Origin: Psammoneis japonica
Lineage: Eukaryota
Direction of reading: 5' to 3'
NCBI GenBank assembly: GCA_008632985.1
Contig: QPGO01000035.1
Span: 173,899-237,898, forward strand
Length of the DNA stretch: 64,000 nt
The position numbers were made by a program, and so were the translations under genes. Of this stretch, positions 13,362 to 24,534 are shown one piece after another. The notes under the pieces were generated by a model. It saw only the letters and a list, made by a program, of their open reading frames with translations, made no database searches and was not told where the DNA came from. Each line of letters begins with the position of its first letter. Position 1 is the first letter of the stretch.

Positions 13362-13709
13362 TTTCGTCGAGTCGTATCTTGTGTTTGAAAATTGCTCCCT
13401 ATGTCCCGGAAGCTCCAAAGTGTGCCTTAACCTGCGATCAACCAAAACAACAGATGTAATAACTAGCCTTCTTTATATAAGTACCTGCCGCCGCCAAGTG
13501 GTTCTTTCCTCTCAAGGTGCCTTTTAGGCGGCAAAAGACGACAAGAAGACAACCTCAACTCGCTGTAATGTGACAACGGTATCTTTTATCTTTTTCTGGT
13601 GATTTTTCTGAAGCGCGCAATTCTGGTTTCTGGACTACTTCGACTGCTTTCAGAAAGCTTTATGTAGTAGAAAAATTCCTTCACGAGCAACCATCAACAC
13701 ATCCCAACC

Positions 13710-13791
13710 TTCGAATGGTCACGTGTTCGACTCACGTCTGGTGCTTGCCCGTCTGGCACTAGTAGCTCAGTGGTAGAGCGTTCGATTGCAG
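13710..13791 (+). tRNA. trnC-GCA: Circularly permuted tRNA-Cys(GCA): 3' half 13710-13745, 10-nt spacer, 5' half 13756-13791
   Basis: 5' half GCACTAG TA GCTC AGTGGTA GAGC G TTCGA TT GCA G; 3' half T TCGAA TGGTC ACGTG TTCGACT CACGT CTGGTGC T. Acceptor stem 7/7 (one G-U), D stem 4/4, anticodon stem 5/5, T stem 5/5, U73 discriminator; flanks form a BHB-like motif. Confidence 0.88.
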
Positions 13792-13799
13792 TGATGTTC

Positions 13800-13813
13800 T
13801 TTTTGATTTTTTT
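13800..13813 (+). terminator. Pol III oligo-T terminator of the permuted tRNA
   Basis: T5 at 13800-13804 and T7 at 13807-13813, just after the trailer. Confidence 0.65.
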
Positions 13814-13814
13814 G

Positions 13815-15710
13815 AATTCAACAGGCACAGTCTGCTGCGGTGGACTCGTCTCATGTTTCGCAGTCTTTCTGGAGTGCTGCACATCACAGCTGTAAGCAAC
13901 AGTGGCTTTTGTCAACCACTGTTTGAGCAGTGAGTGACAAGCTTCCACGATGTGCAACGAGTGCACCAACAAGCAACAACTTTGCTGGCTCTTGGTGTGT
14001 CAGCTGCATGATTTTTTGTGCACACTCATCTTTGATGTGCCAGCACACCACAAAAGCACATGCCCAACATGGCCTCCAACAAAGGAGAATCATTTTCTCA
14101 ATGAAAAACAAGCTCCTCCTCCTGGCGCAACAAGCACACGATGCCCCAGCTGCTTTCTCTTTTGCCTTGAGCTGACAAAAGCAGCGCCGCCGGATGTGTT
14201 CTCCTGGCCGCAGGTGGGGCTGATGTCACATCCATCAGAACACATCCAGCTCCACAGCAAAATTGTTGAGCAACAAACGTGTGGATGATTGCCAACAGAA
14301 AAAGAGGCAATTTTGCGACATGTGTTGGGTTCTCCAATGTGCCAAACACCTTGGCACTGACAAGACTCTGTTTCGTCTTGCCTGACCTGCAAAGCTCGAC
14401 GATGCAAGCTTTCGCTTTCGCTTCATCAGTGCGGATTTTTCTCATGAGCCAAAAAAGTCGAGATCGGCACTTTCAACGGCTGAGGTTGCAGCTGACCTCA
14501 CTTGCCGTTAAAAAACAACGGGCCGTTGGGAACGTGCCGATGCGCGCTGTGCGCACAGTCTTTGCCCAAAACTCCGTTGTGGAGAAAAAAGTGGGCGTCG
14601 TCTTCTCAGTTGACAGTCTGAGCCTGAAGGCAAGACCAGATGGCATGGACTGGCCCACTGTTGTTTGGTGATTGGGGTTTTGTGGCCCCTAAATTCAAAA
14701 AAACTCAAATGAGCACATTTTGTTTTTGGTTTGCCCAGGTGCATTCTTCGGCATCAAAGAATGCACCCAGCTTGCTTTTGTTCTCATGAGTGCAGAAAAC
14801 AGAAAGCCTTTTTGGCTTTGCAAAGCAAGGAGCATGAAACAAGCTGGCAGAAAATTGCACGCAGAAATGTGCGCGCGCATGACGTGCGGCACAATCCAAA
14901 AAACTCTTGGCACCACAATCAAGTTTGGGCGCAAGATCCCACATGGGCATTGCCATCAAAACTGTCACATTTTGCTTGGCACAAACAGGCACCTGTGGTT
15001 TCTCTCTTTTCCCCTCAGTTGGTGATTTCAAGTGAAAAGCTTTTGAACCCTCTTCTTGGGTCATTTCAACCCCCTGCTCTGAAACAGCCCTCAACACGTG
15101 AAGACAGTGCTGTGTTTGCCTGGGGCATGTGGGCATTGAAAGTGGACAGAGGAGAGGGCAATTCTTGCAAATGATGAACTTCAAGCATTTTGCTCATTGG
15201 CGGCGTGAACCAAGTTCTGTTGGCCATTGCCAGATGGGATGACGTGGGCGATGTGCCCCAGGCACACCCAGCACCCAGCATGAAAACATGCATGTGCACA
15301 GCTTGGGCCACACATTGAGCAAGATGACAAAAGAGCTGCCAGGTTTTTGTTGCTCAAGGGTTGGTTGAACAAGTTGCTTTTGATCTCTGGAGTGTGAGAA
15401 GTTTCAGCTGCTGGCCCGATTGGCTTGTGGAGATGTGGCATGTGGCTGGCATGTTTGTCAATTTTCTGGGTGACAGGTGTGGCTCCTGGGCAGCCTTTTT
15501 TTTAAGGGCAGCCTGCTGGTGGCAAAAGAGCTCGCCTCTGCCTCAGCAAGAAGTGCGTGATTGTGGTGTGCCAAATGATGCTGCGCTCCCAGCACCGTTT
15601 GCGTGCAACACTTTGTGTTGCATTGCTTCCAAAACATGCTGAGGTTGGAGCATGGAAAAAGTGGTGTCATGCACACCCGCACGATGGGAAGGACCACACC
15701 TCCACCTTGT
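13815..15710. mobile_element. TpA-depleted degenerate repeat/TE relic, family not identified
   Basis: Only a handful of TA in ~1.9 kb; Tyr-free Cys/His-rich ORFs in all frames; TA returns abruptly at ~15715. Confidence 0.55.
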
Positions 15711-16195
15711 TTGTTAGAACAATTAGAGGGTCTAGGGCTATGGTGTTGGAAGGGCTTGATCTTCCATCTCGTCGCGGGTTCGCACGTGCAAACTCACTGC
15801 GCGCGCGGTTCGATCGGTCACTTTCGGAGAAATTCTTTCCCGACGTCAGAAAATCTGCTACCGTCCTAAATTTACGGTATTACGAGACATTACACATTGC
15901 CCACCGAAGAAAGAAACACCGAGAAACCTACTCAAGACATATCAATTTGTGGTGCGCACTTAAGAGTCAATGACCCTTAAGTCATTAATTAGTGTGGGTC
16001 ACCAATCAGAAATGCGGAATTCGTGAATGAGCTGTTTTCTCACGTAGATTTCTACGTACGTCGTATAGTGAATTCACTATCGATATTCTGTACATCAGAA
16101 CAGCGATGGCGAAATGAGCGAAATTTCTTGTCGCTGCCAGAAAGTGACAGCAACAAAACAAGCCAACGCATTTCCCTTTCTGCAACACAGACGCG

Positions 16196-17835
16196 ATGGT
16201 TTCGACAGACACAGAAGACAACATTGGGTCCTCCACATCGAAGTCTCCCGAACCGGATGACGAGGTAGAAGACAAGGAAGAAGAGGAGAAGTCACAGGAT
16301 AAGAAAAGCCTCGAGAAGGATGCGGAAGCAGAAGACGCACCAAGCGAAAAGGACGAAGCAGCAACGGCAGCAAAAGCAAAAGACGCACCAACCGAAAAGG
16401 ACGAGGCGGCAACAGCAGAAGAAACGGGTTCCAGTAATGAACCGAACATCATTGATGTGCCCACTGTGTCGCCTACAGAAGGCGCTGGTCGTAAGTCTTC
16501 CTACCGCGACTACTCAACTGTACTCCCCGAAAAGAGCGATGGAGCCTCGTCGTTGATTGCCCAAAGCACGACCGCCAAGGAACCGACTTTTCCTGTTAAG
16601 CTCCACATGATACTAAGCAACCCAGAGTTCCAAGATATTATAAGTTTCCTTCCACACGGTCGCTCCTGGAGGATCCTTCAGCAGAAGGCATTCGAAGAGC
16701 GGGTGATTCCTCTCTACTTTCGCCACGGTCGCTACTCCTCTTTTGCCCGCCAGGTAAGTTGTTTGATTGTTGTTTGTAGAAAAGTCTACTTCTGTCGTTC
16801 ACAACTCATGACTGGTCTACGTTCATAACCACACTCGCAGGTCAACGGATGGGGATTTCGTCGCGTTACCCATGGCAGCGATTACAACTCGTATTACCAT
16901 GAGGTGAGTTGAGTTTCCGTGACAACTTCGAAGCTTGCTCGTCTCGTACTTTTTTTCGTAGCTTCTACGCGAAAGTTTCGAGTGTTTCGACGTGACATAG
17001 TATGTTGTACGTGGGTTCTACGGAGAAAGTGACACCATCGTAGACTGACGTTTTCGCGAGCGACGAATTATTTGCAACGGAAAACGCCTTGGGTTTGTTT
17101 TTCTTTTTTCTTGATACTGCTGGAAATGTCTCTTGTATGTAATTGCCCTTCGACGTCATAGTATGTCTCATCCGGCTTGGTTGTCCGTGCTTTCTCTGCC
17201 GTTTGTACTGCATGCAGATGTTTTTGCGGGGCATGCCTCATCTTTGCGAGAAGATGCGTCGTCTCACAAACAAAGACACAGCCACGAGAAAGAAGATGGA
17301 AGATGAACCAGCTCCTGATTTCTATGCACTGAGCCGTACACATCCATTGCCGGAGAACGTTCCGACAACAGTTCCATCTCTTCCAGGTAGCGCAGTTGGT
17401 CCCCATTCGTTTTTGGACGTAGAGGCTGCACTCCTAGAACGCCGTCGGGCGGATTTTCTGGATCGCATCAATCTTCTCGCATCGTCAAATGCACTCCGTC
17501 AAGATGCCTTGGCCGCTTCTTTGCGTCAACCTGATCTCTTGCAAATGCAGGCCAGTTTGGCGGCCAACCCGGCACTTGCAAACTCGCTTATGGGTCGTCC
17601 TCAACAACCCGTAGCAGCAGGCTTTGGTGGTATGTACGGCGGCGCGATGCCTGGCGGGGGGATGCCTGGTGCTTCCCCGCCGGCCAACGATGCGGCAAGC
17701 TTGCAGCAGTTGCAAATGTTGCAAGGACGAGCACAGGGGGGTCCTGATATGGCTCAGCTTTTGGCTATGAACGGTGCTAATATGGGAAATATGCGAGGTG
17801 GTAGTGGCTTCATGCCGAATCAGTTTGGCATGTAA
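16196..17835 (+). CDS. Heat-shock transcription factor (HSF DNA-binding domain); exons 16196-16753, 16841-16903, 17218-17835
   Basis: FPVKLHMIL...IISFLPHGRSW...YFRHGRYSSFARQ|VNGWGFRR...YYHE|MFLRGMPHLC joins in frame over GTAAGT..CAG and GTGAGT..CAG introns. Confidence 0.92.
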
Positions 17836-18302
17836 ACCGTCTCGTTGGGTCAAGAGATATTGAATTGGGGTTTTACTCGTTGTCCGCTATGATTGAATAA
17901 TGTTGCATATAGTAATATAGCCTTCTTGTTGTTTTCACATGTTGTGTTACCTTCTTGCCAACCACAATAGCAGAAGCTCATTGGATGAGATGCACAAGAT
18001 GTAGGACTACAGTATGGTATGCATGGTAGCAATAACAGAGCGAGCGGCCCGAGACCAAGCTGAAATAAAGCAACCTCGCGCCAGGAATAATTTGCAATTT
18101 GCACGACTCCTCCCTGCTCACCGCATCGCGCGCTTTTTCGGGTGACGTGGCCACGCACCGCAAGCAGCATGCAGGAAGTGTTGGAACACTGCATGGAAGA
18201 GCTCACAAGAAGCCATTGGAGGCCCTAGAAAAGTCAGAAATCCAGAATCACTTGCTTTTCTCTAAGCAACTGAAACTTGGCTTTTGGTTCGCTAACGGAG
18301 CC

Positions 18303-21116
18303 ATGACGACAACACATTCCAAAAATGTTTCCAGCGCTTGGAACTTCAGGCTTGGTCTCACAGTATTTTTTCTTCTACTTTCACACTCGCTAGCGAGACA
18401 AGACACCGGTGTCCTGCAGTCACTGCGATCTCTGGAGGCTCTTCGATTAACTCTCACAAATGAGAACAGAACACGAACGTTTAACCTGGATGTGGTAGGA
18501 AAAGGAACTGGAGAAGAAATAGCCTTATGCAACTTGATCGAAATGAACCGGCACTCAGTTGTTGTTGGAGGAGGCAGGCGCATTACGTTTCCAACAAAGT
18601 TTCCGTTGGAGGCTCTTGCTGCCGTATCTTTGGCTCTGGAACACTTGAATACGGGCAACGGACAAGTTGTAAAAGAAGTGGAGGGTCTTCCCGATCGATG
18701 CAACGTGCGATTCGTTTCAGAATTTGTGGATACTGCGGGAAGAGAAAACCAGGCAGTTGACAGAGTTATCGAAATTCTCGAGCGAGACGAGACAGAAAAC
18801 TTGCCTTGTGGGTTCATTGGGGCATTTCGATCTCCAGCGAGTGTGGCAACGTCTATTCTCACAGGTATCAAGGGGTACCCGCAGTTTAGCGGCCTCTCTA
18901 CTTCAACTCAGCTAAGCGACAAATCTATCTTTCCACTCTTTGGAAGAGTTATTCCGACGGCCAATCTGTACGCTATTCCTTTGCTTGACTTTCTGTATAA
19001 TCGACTCGGCTTACGGCACCTTGCTGTGCTACATACCGATAATACAAACGGGCTTTCCCAGATCGATGGAATCCGCCAGATCGCTGCCGATATTTTCCCT
19101 GATTTCGAAATCAGGGCCTTTGCTTACCGAGACGAGATTTTAGAGGATGAGTGGGAAGGTCCAATCACAGCTGTTCGTCAAACGGGCTTTCGATACATAT
19201 ATGTCATATCGGCGGCGAATCAGATAGCTGCCATGATTCAAGAAGCGTACAAACAAGGCATCTCTGGCAATGGCGAATTCAATTGGATTTTCTCAAACGC
19301 GATTGGCGCTGCCACGGATTTGGGTAGTTTGATGCCTCCCGATTCACCCCTCCACCTCTCTGGGACAGGGGCATTGACGTTCTCAACAGTTGGTATGTTG
19401 CCCGGTGTTGGGCGAGTTGACGCCTTTGAAAAGGCTTGGAAGGAACTCTCAAACGAAGATGATCTCGCCTACTTGCAAACCAAGGTTCCTCAATACCCTG
19501 GCGTTCCCACATATGATCCACAGTTCTCTCCTGCTATCTTCTCTTCTATGCTACCCTTCACCCCCTTATTCTACGATTTGACCATTGCATTGGGCTTGGG
19601 AGCTTGCGGCCAGTCGACTCCTGCCAACTCAAGCGTCTACTTGGATGGTCCGGCTCATTATGCGAACACGCTTAAAACAAGTTTCGTAGGTGCTAGTGGA
19701 AAGGTTGCATTCAACCCGCAAACAGGTGATCGAAACGCATCTACAGCGCTTTATGTGATGGAAAACTTGGTTCCTCGTGCAGCAGTTGATGAGAATGGAG
19801 TTGAAACGGGCAACTACTCTCTAATCCCGGTTAGAGTTGCATATTATGACGACGGCGAATGGGTTGAACAAGGTGAAATTGTTTTCAACGACGGCACTTC
19901 TGAAATTGCCAGAGATCTACCCAGATGGAGAATGGATTACAACTATCTTTCGCCTGGACTACGTGCAGCTGGTCTGGTCATGGCTGGCGTGATAGTGGCA
20001 ACGTCCGTTTTTCTCTCGATTTGGACTCATCGACACAGAACATCTCGAACTGTCCGTGCTTCCCAGCCCATATTTCTTCATCTTCTTTGCCTTGGTACGT
20101 TATTGATAGGAGCCAGTATCATCCCTTTGTCATTCGACGACAACGTTACAAGCGATGGTGGATGCGACATTGCGTGTATGGCATTTCCTTGGTTGCTTGC
20201 TTTGGGTTTTTGCATTTCCGCGTCTGCCCTGTTCACCAAAACACACCGTGTCAACAGGATCTTTCACAATCCCAGCTTCAAAAGGGTCACTGTCACTATC
20301 GCTGACGTCGTGAAGCCCATGGCAATCTTCATTACTTTGACGGTCTTGATATTGTCTCTTTGGTCTGTCATAGATCCAATGAAATGGACCCGTACGGTAA
20401 CTTCATACGATCGATTTGGTCGCCCTAATGCATCCCGAGGTTACTGCACTGCTGATCATGCCCTAGCCTTTGCAATTCCATTGGCGGTAACCAATTTTGG
20501 AGTGTTACTCTTTGCCATGTACGAGGCTTATGTGGCCCGTAAGATAAGCACCGAGTTTGCCGAAAGTGAATACATTGCACGGGCAATGGTCATTGTATTG
20601 GTCCTGGGGTTTTTGGGAATCCCTATCGTGTTTCTTTGCAAAGATGACTTTCGAGTATTCTTTTTTGTCGTCTCTGCAATAATTTTCATCGGCACCATGT
20701 CTCTGCTTGGCTTGATCTTCATTCCCAAGATGGTTTACCACAAGAAGAAAACAAAAGACAGTAGAGCAACTGTAATTGCTGGTTCCGTTGAGAACCGTAC
20801 TTCGATCAATCGAAACGACACGACGAGTATGACAAACAGGGATAGCTCCATGAGCGAGTCTTCCGAAGTGGGCGCCAAAGTTGTAGAGCATCCAAAGCTG
20901 AAGGAGGAATCGAACGCCAAGATAAAGCAATTAACAACCGAAAACAAAAGCTTAAGGAAACGGGTAGGTGAGTTGGAAACTCTGTTCGAAGACTGTGAAG
21001 ATGATAGTTCTCTTTTGGCGCGGTACAATGAGATCAAGAACAGCAGCGTTACTTTGACAGAAGTGCCCGGAGACGCGTCGGAGAATCAGACATCGTCACA
21101 GAAGACAGAAGAATGA
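18303..21116 (+). CDS. Class C (GABA-B-like) GPCR with ANF/Venus-flytrap ectodomain, 7TM domain and coiled-coil tail
   Basis: Signal peptide; LSDKSIFPLFGRVIP; F.GASG.V.F...GDR; seven hydrophobic segments with RASQPIFL, C.AFPWL..LGF, LFTKT.R and EFAES.YI. Confidence 0.88.
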   Translation: MTTTHSKNVSSAWNFRLGLTVFFLLLSHSLARQDTGVLQSLRSLEALRLTLTNENRTRTFNLDVVGKGTGEEIALCNLIEMNRHSVVVGGGRRITFPTKFPLEALAAVSLALEHLNTGNGQVVKEVEGLPDRCNVRFVSEFVDTAGRENQAVDRVIEILERDETENLPCGFIGAFRSPASVATSILTGIKGYPQFSGLSTSTQLSDKSIFPLFGRVIPTANLYAIPLLDFLYNRLGLRHLAVLHTDNTNGLSQIDGIRQIAADIFPDFEIRAFAYRDEILEDEWEGPITAVRQTGFRYIYVISAANQIAAMIQEAYKQGISGNGEFNWIFSNAIGAATDLGSLMPPDSPLHLSGTGALTFSTVGMLPGVGRVDAFEKAWKELSNEDDLAYLQTKVPQYPGVPTYDPQFSPAIFSSMLPFTPLFYDLTIALGLGACGQSTPANSSVYLDGPAHYANTLKTSFVGASGKVAFNPQTGDRNASTALYVMENLVPRAAVDENGVETGNYSLIPVRVAYYDDGEWVEQGEIVFNDGTSEIARDLPRWRMDYNYLSPGLRAAGLVMAGVIVATSVFLSIWTHRHRTSRTVRASQPIFLHLLCLGTLLIGASIIPLSFDDNVTSDGGCDIACMAFPWLLALGFCISASALFTKTHRVNRIFHNPSFKRVTVTIADVVKPMAIFITLTVLILSLWSVIDPMKWTRTVTSYDRFGRPNASRGYCTADHALAFAIPLAVTNFGVLLFAMYEAYVARKISTEFAESEYIARAMVIVLVLGFLGIPIVFLCKDDFRVFFFVVSAIIFIGTMSLLGLIFIPKMVYHKKKTKDSRATVIAGSVENRTSINRNDTTSMTNRDSSMSESSEVGAKVVEHPKLKEESNAKIKQLTTENKSLRKRVGELETLFEDCEDDSSLLARYNEIKNSSVTLTEVPGDASENQTSSQKTEE

Positions 21117-21413
21117 GCGCATGGATGGGGAGAGGAAGCGTCGTTACAAAAAAAGACAGAGCTTGGTCTGTACGCAAGAAACCGCCGTATAACAAGTTCC
21201 CATGAGCGAGAAGTGAGTCACTACTAGATTACATAGTATATATTTGTAGAGCCAATCCTGATCTTGCGAAAGAAAGAGCCCAACTTAAAAATGCAAGTTT
21301 GAATGTATTACGAAGTAGTATGAAGCTGAAAAAGTATGCAAGTACAAATCCAAGCATGTTCGATGTAGTCGGAATCCAACTCAGCCGGAGAATGCAACAG
21401 GAATGAAGAGAGA

Positions 21414-23650
21414 TTACCAAAAGCCAAACATCTCGACGACGCCCCTTTCGTTGTTGTTCCGCGGGCCGCCACACGCAACTATATGTTGCGACGAGGCCGT
21501 TTTGGCAAACGAGACTGACTTGCCATACTCTTCGTGTGGATCATACCCATTGATGTCGGATCCCTTCTGAACCCAAGAGCTGTTACTAATAATATGTTCA
21601 AAGATCCTCACCTGGCCAGTGTTGTTGCCGTTGTCGTCGTTGAATCGTGCTCCCGCCGCCACAAATCGGGCATCAGGACTCAGCGAAACGGACCATCCAA
21701 ATTGATCACCTGCCTTCTTGCCGTGAATGAACTGCCCAATTTGTGTCCAATTTGAATCCGTATTATACTTGAAAACGGATACACTCCCTTGGCCAAACTT
21801 GCCCCACGCGGAGCCCACGGCCATTTTCAAACCACTGCTGTCGAGAGACACGGAAAACCCAAAACGTTCTTCAGCTGTGTCACCATACAAAGTCTTGCCC
21901 ATTGGGACCCAAGTGCGAGAAGTATTCTGATACTGATATACCGAAACCTGCCCTACAGAGCTGACGCCCACTGTATTGTTGAGGTCGCTTGAATTAACGA
22001 GGCTGTGCTGGAAGGCACCAACACTAACAATAGTCCCACTGTTACTAAGCGAAATCGACGCTCCGAACAAGTCATCAAATGCCTCTCCGGTAAGGTCTTG
22101 CCCAATTTGCTGCCAATCTGAGTTCCCTTCGCGTTTAAATACACGAACTGCTCCAGCACCAACCTCCCATTCTGGAATCCCTACTGCTACGACGTCGCCC
22201 GCCTCGGACAGCGAGACGGCTTCTCCAAACGAGTCGCCATTTCGAATTCCAACGATATCAGAGCCCAGTTGATTCCATTCTGAGGAAGAGGCATTGTACT
22301 GGTATACACCAACATAACCTGTACGATTCGGAAGGACCCCATAACGAGGAGGTGCTCCGACAGCCATAATGCTCCCATCACCATTGGCTGCCACCGACCA
22401 AGCAAAGCGAAAGTCGCCCCTTCCTCGAACTTTCTTTCCCATTGGTGTCCAAATTTGAGTAGTTGTATTCAAACGATACGCTGCCGCGCCCCCTTTGGAG
22501 CTTGCAGATCCAATCACCACCGTCGTTCCGTCTCGTGATAAAGAAAGAGTGTGACCAAGAAACTTCGCGATTCCTAAATCGGGTGACGCTGTTGCTTTGA
22601 GGGTTTGTCCAATCCGCTTCCAATTTGGTGGGGTTTCGGGAGTAGGCATGTTAGTTTCGGGAGGAAGTGTTTCTGGCGGAACAGTGACCGGAGGTGTGGA
22701 CACCGGAGGATTGGTTGTCTTATTATTGATCTCTCCAGTCGGATCGTCTTCTGTTGAGCTCGAACGTGTTGCTACAACAACCCCTGCAATCACAGCAGCC
22801 ATTATAGCAATCAACGCCAGAAGAATCAAGGCAATCAGGCGCCGACGTCTCCTGCTCTCTGAGGTATCGAGGGAGGCCGTTTTACTCTTTTGATTCGTTA
22901 CTTCTGCGTATGCTTGTGGTTGAAGAGCTGTCCTCATTTGTGTTTGGAGAGCATCAACTTGATCATGTAGAGGATCGTCTTGAACAACCACCTCAACTTC
23001 CGCCGTAATCGGCCCATCTCGAAATTGCTCTGTGATGTTATGTCTGGATCTTGCTCTGGTTTATCCCTCATGGAAGACTTGAAAGAGGGTGAAAGCTTTA
23101 GTTTGTCCTCATCAAAGCAATCGCCCGTTCTGCTCCCAGCCACCTCGTCATCATTGGTGACAGTAATGACACCAATCTCAGGAAATGGGGGGAGGCTTTG
23201 CAAATGCTCTTTGGCATCATCGTCGGAAGAAGAACCCATGGTCCGAGGCGAAGCATGTTCCTCGTCCCCAGCGTCCTCGCTACTTCGAAACGGCGGTAGA
23301 CATTTCAAAGCTTCTTCGTCATCGTCGTCAGTAGAAGGAAGCACAGAACGCGGCGAAGCAGGCTTCTCGTCTCCAGCACTTTGAAAGGGTTGTTGACCTT
23401 TCACAGCTTCTTTGCCATCAACCTCAGAGAAAGGAAGTACGGATCGAGGTGAAGCTGGTGCCTCATCTTTGGCGTCGTCTTCATTTTGGCCATGGTCTGA
23501 ATAGTCGTCCCTTTGTTGCCCGTCGCCGCTTGACTCCTTGCCGGAGTGCATGACACTGCCGGCAAGAGGCACCGGAGGCTTTCTTGTTCCAGCGTCATTT
23601 CCACAAACAAGATGGTCCAAATAGGGCTTTGGCTTCTTGTCAGAACTCAT
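21414..23650 (-). CDS. Type II membrane protein with extracellular FG-GAP-like beta-propeller (paralog 1); frame change at ~23010-23060
   Basis: Acidic N-terminus, RRRRR plus one TM helix, Pro/Thr stalk, then repeated W.Q.G..I.G....D.FG.SVSLS..G..VAVGA blades. The alternative frame EQFRDGPITAEV matches the paralog EEYEDVPIAAEI. Confidence 0.75.
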
Positions 23651-23717
23651 GTTGGGCAACACAAGCAAACGTGGCGATATCTACCTTTGGTCTCTAGAGA
23701 AGATGACACAAGCAAAA

Positions 23718-23833
23718 TGAGTTGTAAGAGATTGACGCACGTTTGCTTCGTAATCGCCCGGCTGCACAAGCACAAGTCTATGTTGTGAGTTGTAAGAAAC
23801 TGACGCAGCGTCCGGCTGCACAAGCACAAGTCT
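23718..23833. repeat. Short tandem duplication upstream of the propeller gene
   Basis: tgagttgtaaga.a.tgacgca and ccggctgcacaagcacaagtcta each occur twice. Confidence 0.75.
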
Positions 23834-24534
23834 AGGAGCATAAAAAGAAACCAAACGTACCAATTGAGCTAATCTCTCGTCGAGATATAGTATCTGCTGA
23901 TTGGTTCGCTTCAGCAACTTCGATAGGAAATGAAAAATAGAGAGAGGAGAGGTGCGTTCGCATCGCTTCACTCACTTCCGCGGATGGTTGATCGTGATTT
24001 GATTGAAGATTTTTCTCAAGTCGTGAGTAAAACGCCACCACAGCTTCGTATCGTCCCCGGGTCGTGGGACTTCTTTTGATTCCGCTACCAAAATACTGTA
24101 CCGGTAAGCAACAACACGACAAAACAAAACCTGTATTGAGTATTCTCTAGTTGTAGAGGTACTTCTACGATATGTTTGAAGTGCTGCTATGCTTCCACCC
24201 TGCAACTCAGGCAACAGCACAGACAGAAAAGCAGTCCAAAATGCATGAGATTACCCTTTCTTTTCAGTCCACTCTATTAGAGTCCCTACTTCACTTTATG
24301 AGAGAGAAAGCTGTAAAGTGAAGACTCTATCACGATGGAATACGTATGGGTGTTACTTTAGATATAAGAGATAGTGCATGATGAATAGATCGGTGAATAG
24401 ATCGAGACACCAGTTACACAATGAATCAAATGTTGCGACTTGAACAAAAGGCCGAACTTGAACTTCATTGAAAAAAGCACGTAAGCATGTAGTCTTGAAG
24501 AGCAGAAATACCTAACACGAAATAGAAGCCGCTT

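Noticed and set aside
13756..13830. Ordinary intron-containing tRNA-Cys continuing downstream
   Set aside because: An oligo-T tract follows within 10 nt and no T-arm or acceptor 3' strand is visible downstream; the complementary half is upstream.
15770..15825. Second tRNA suggested by GGTTCGATC
   Set aside because: No T-stem, acceptor stem or D-arm pairing could be built around it.
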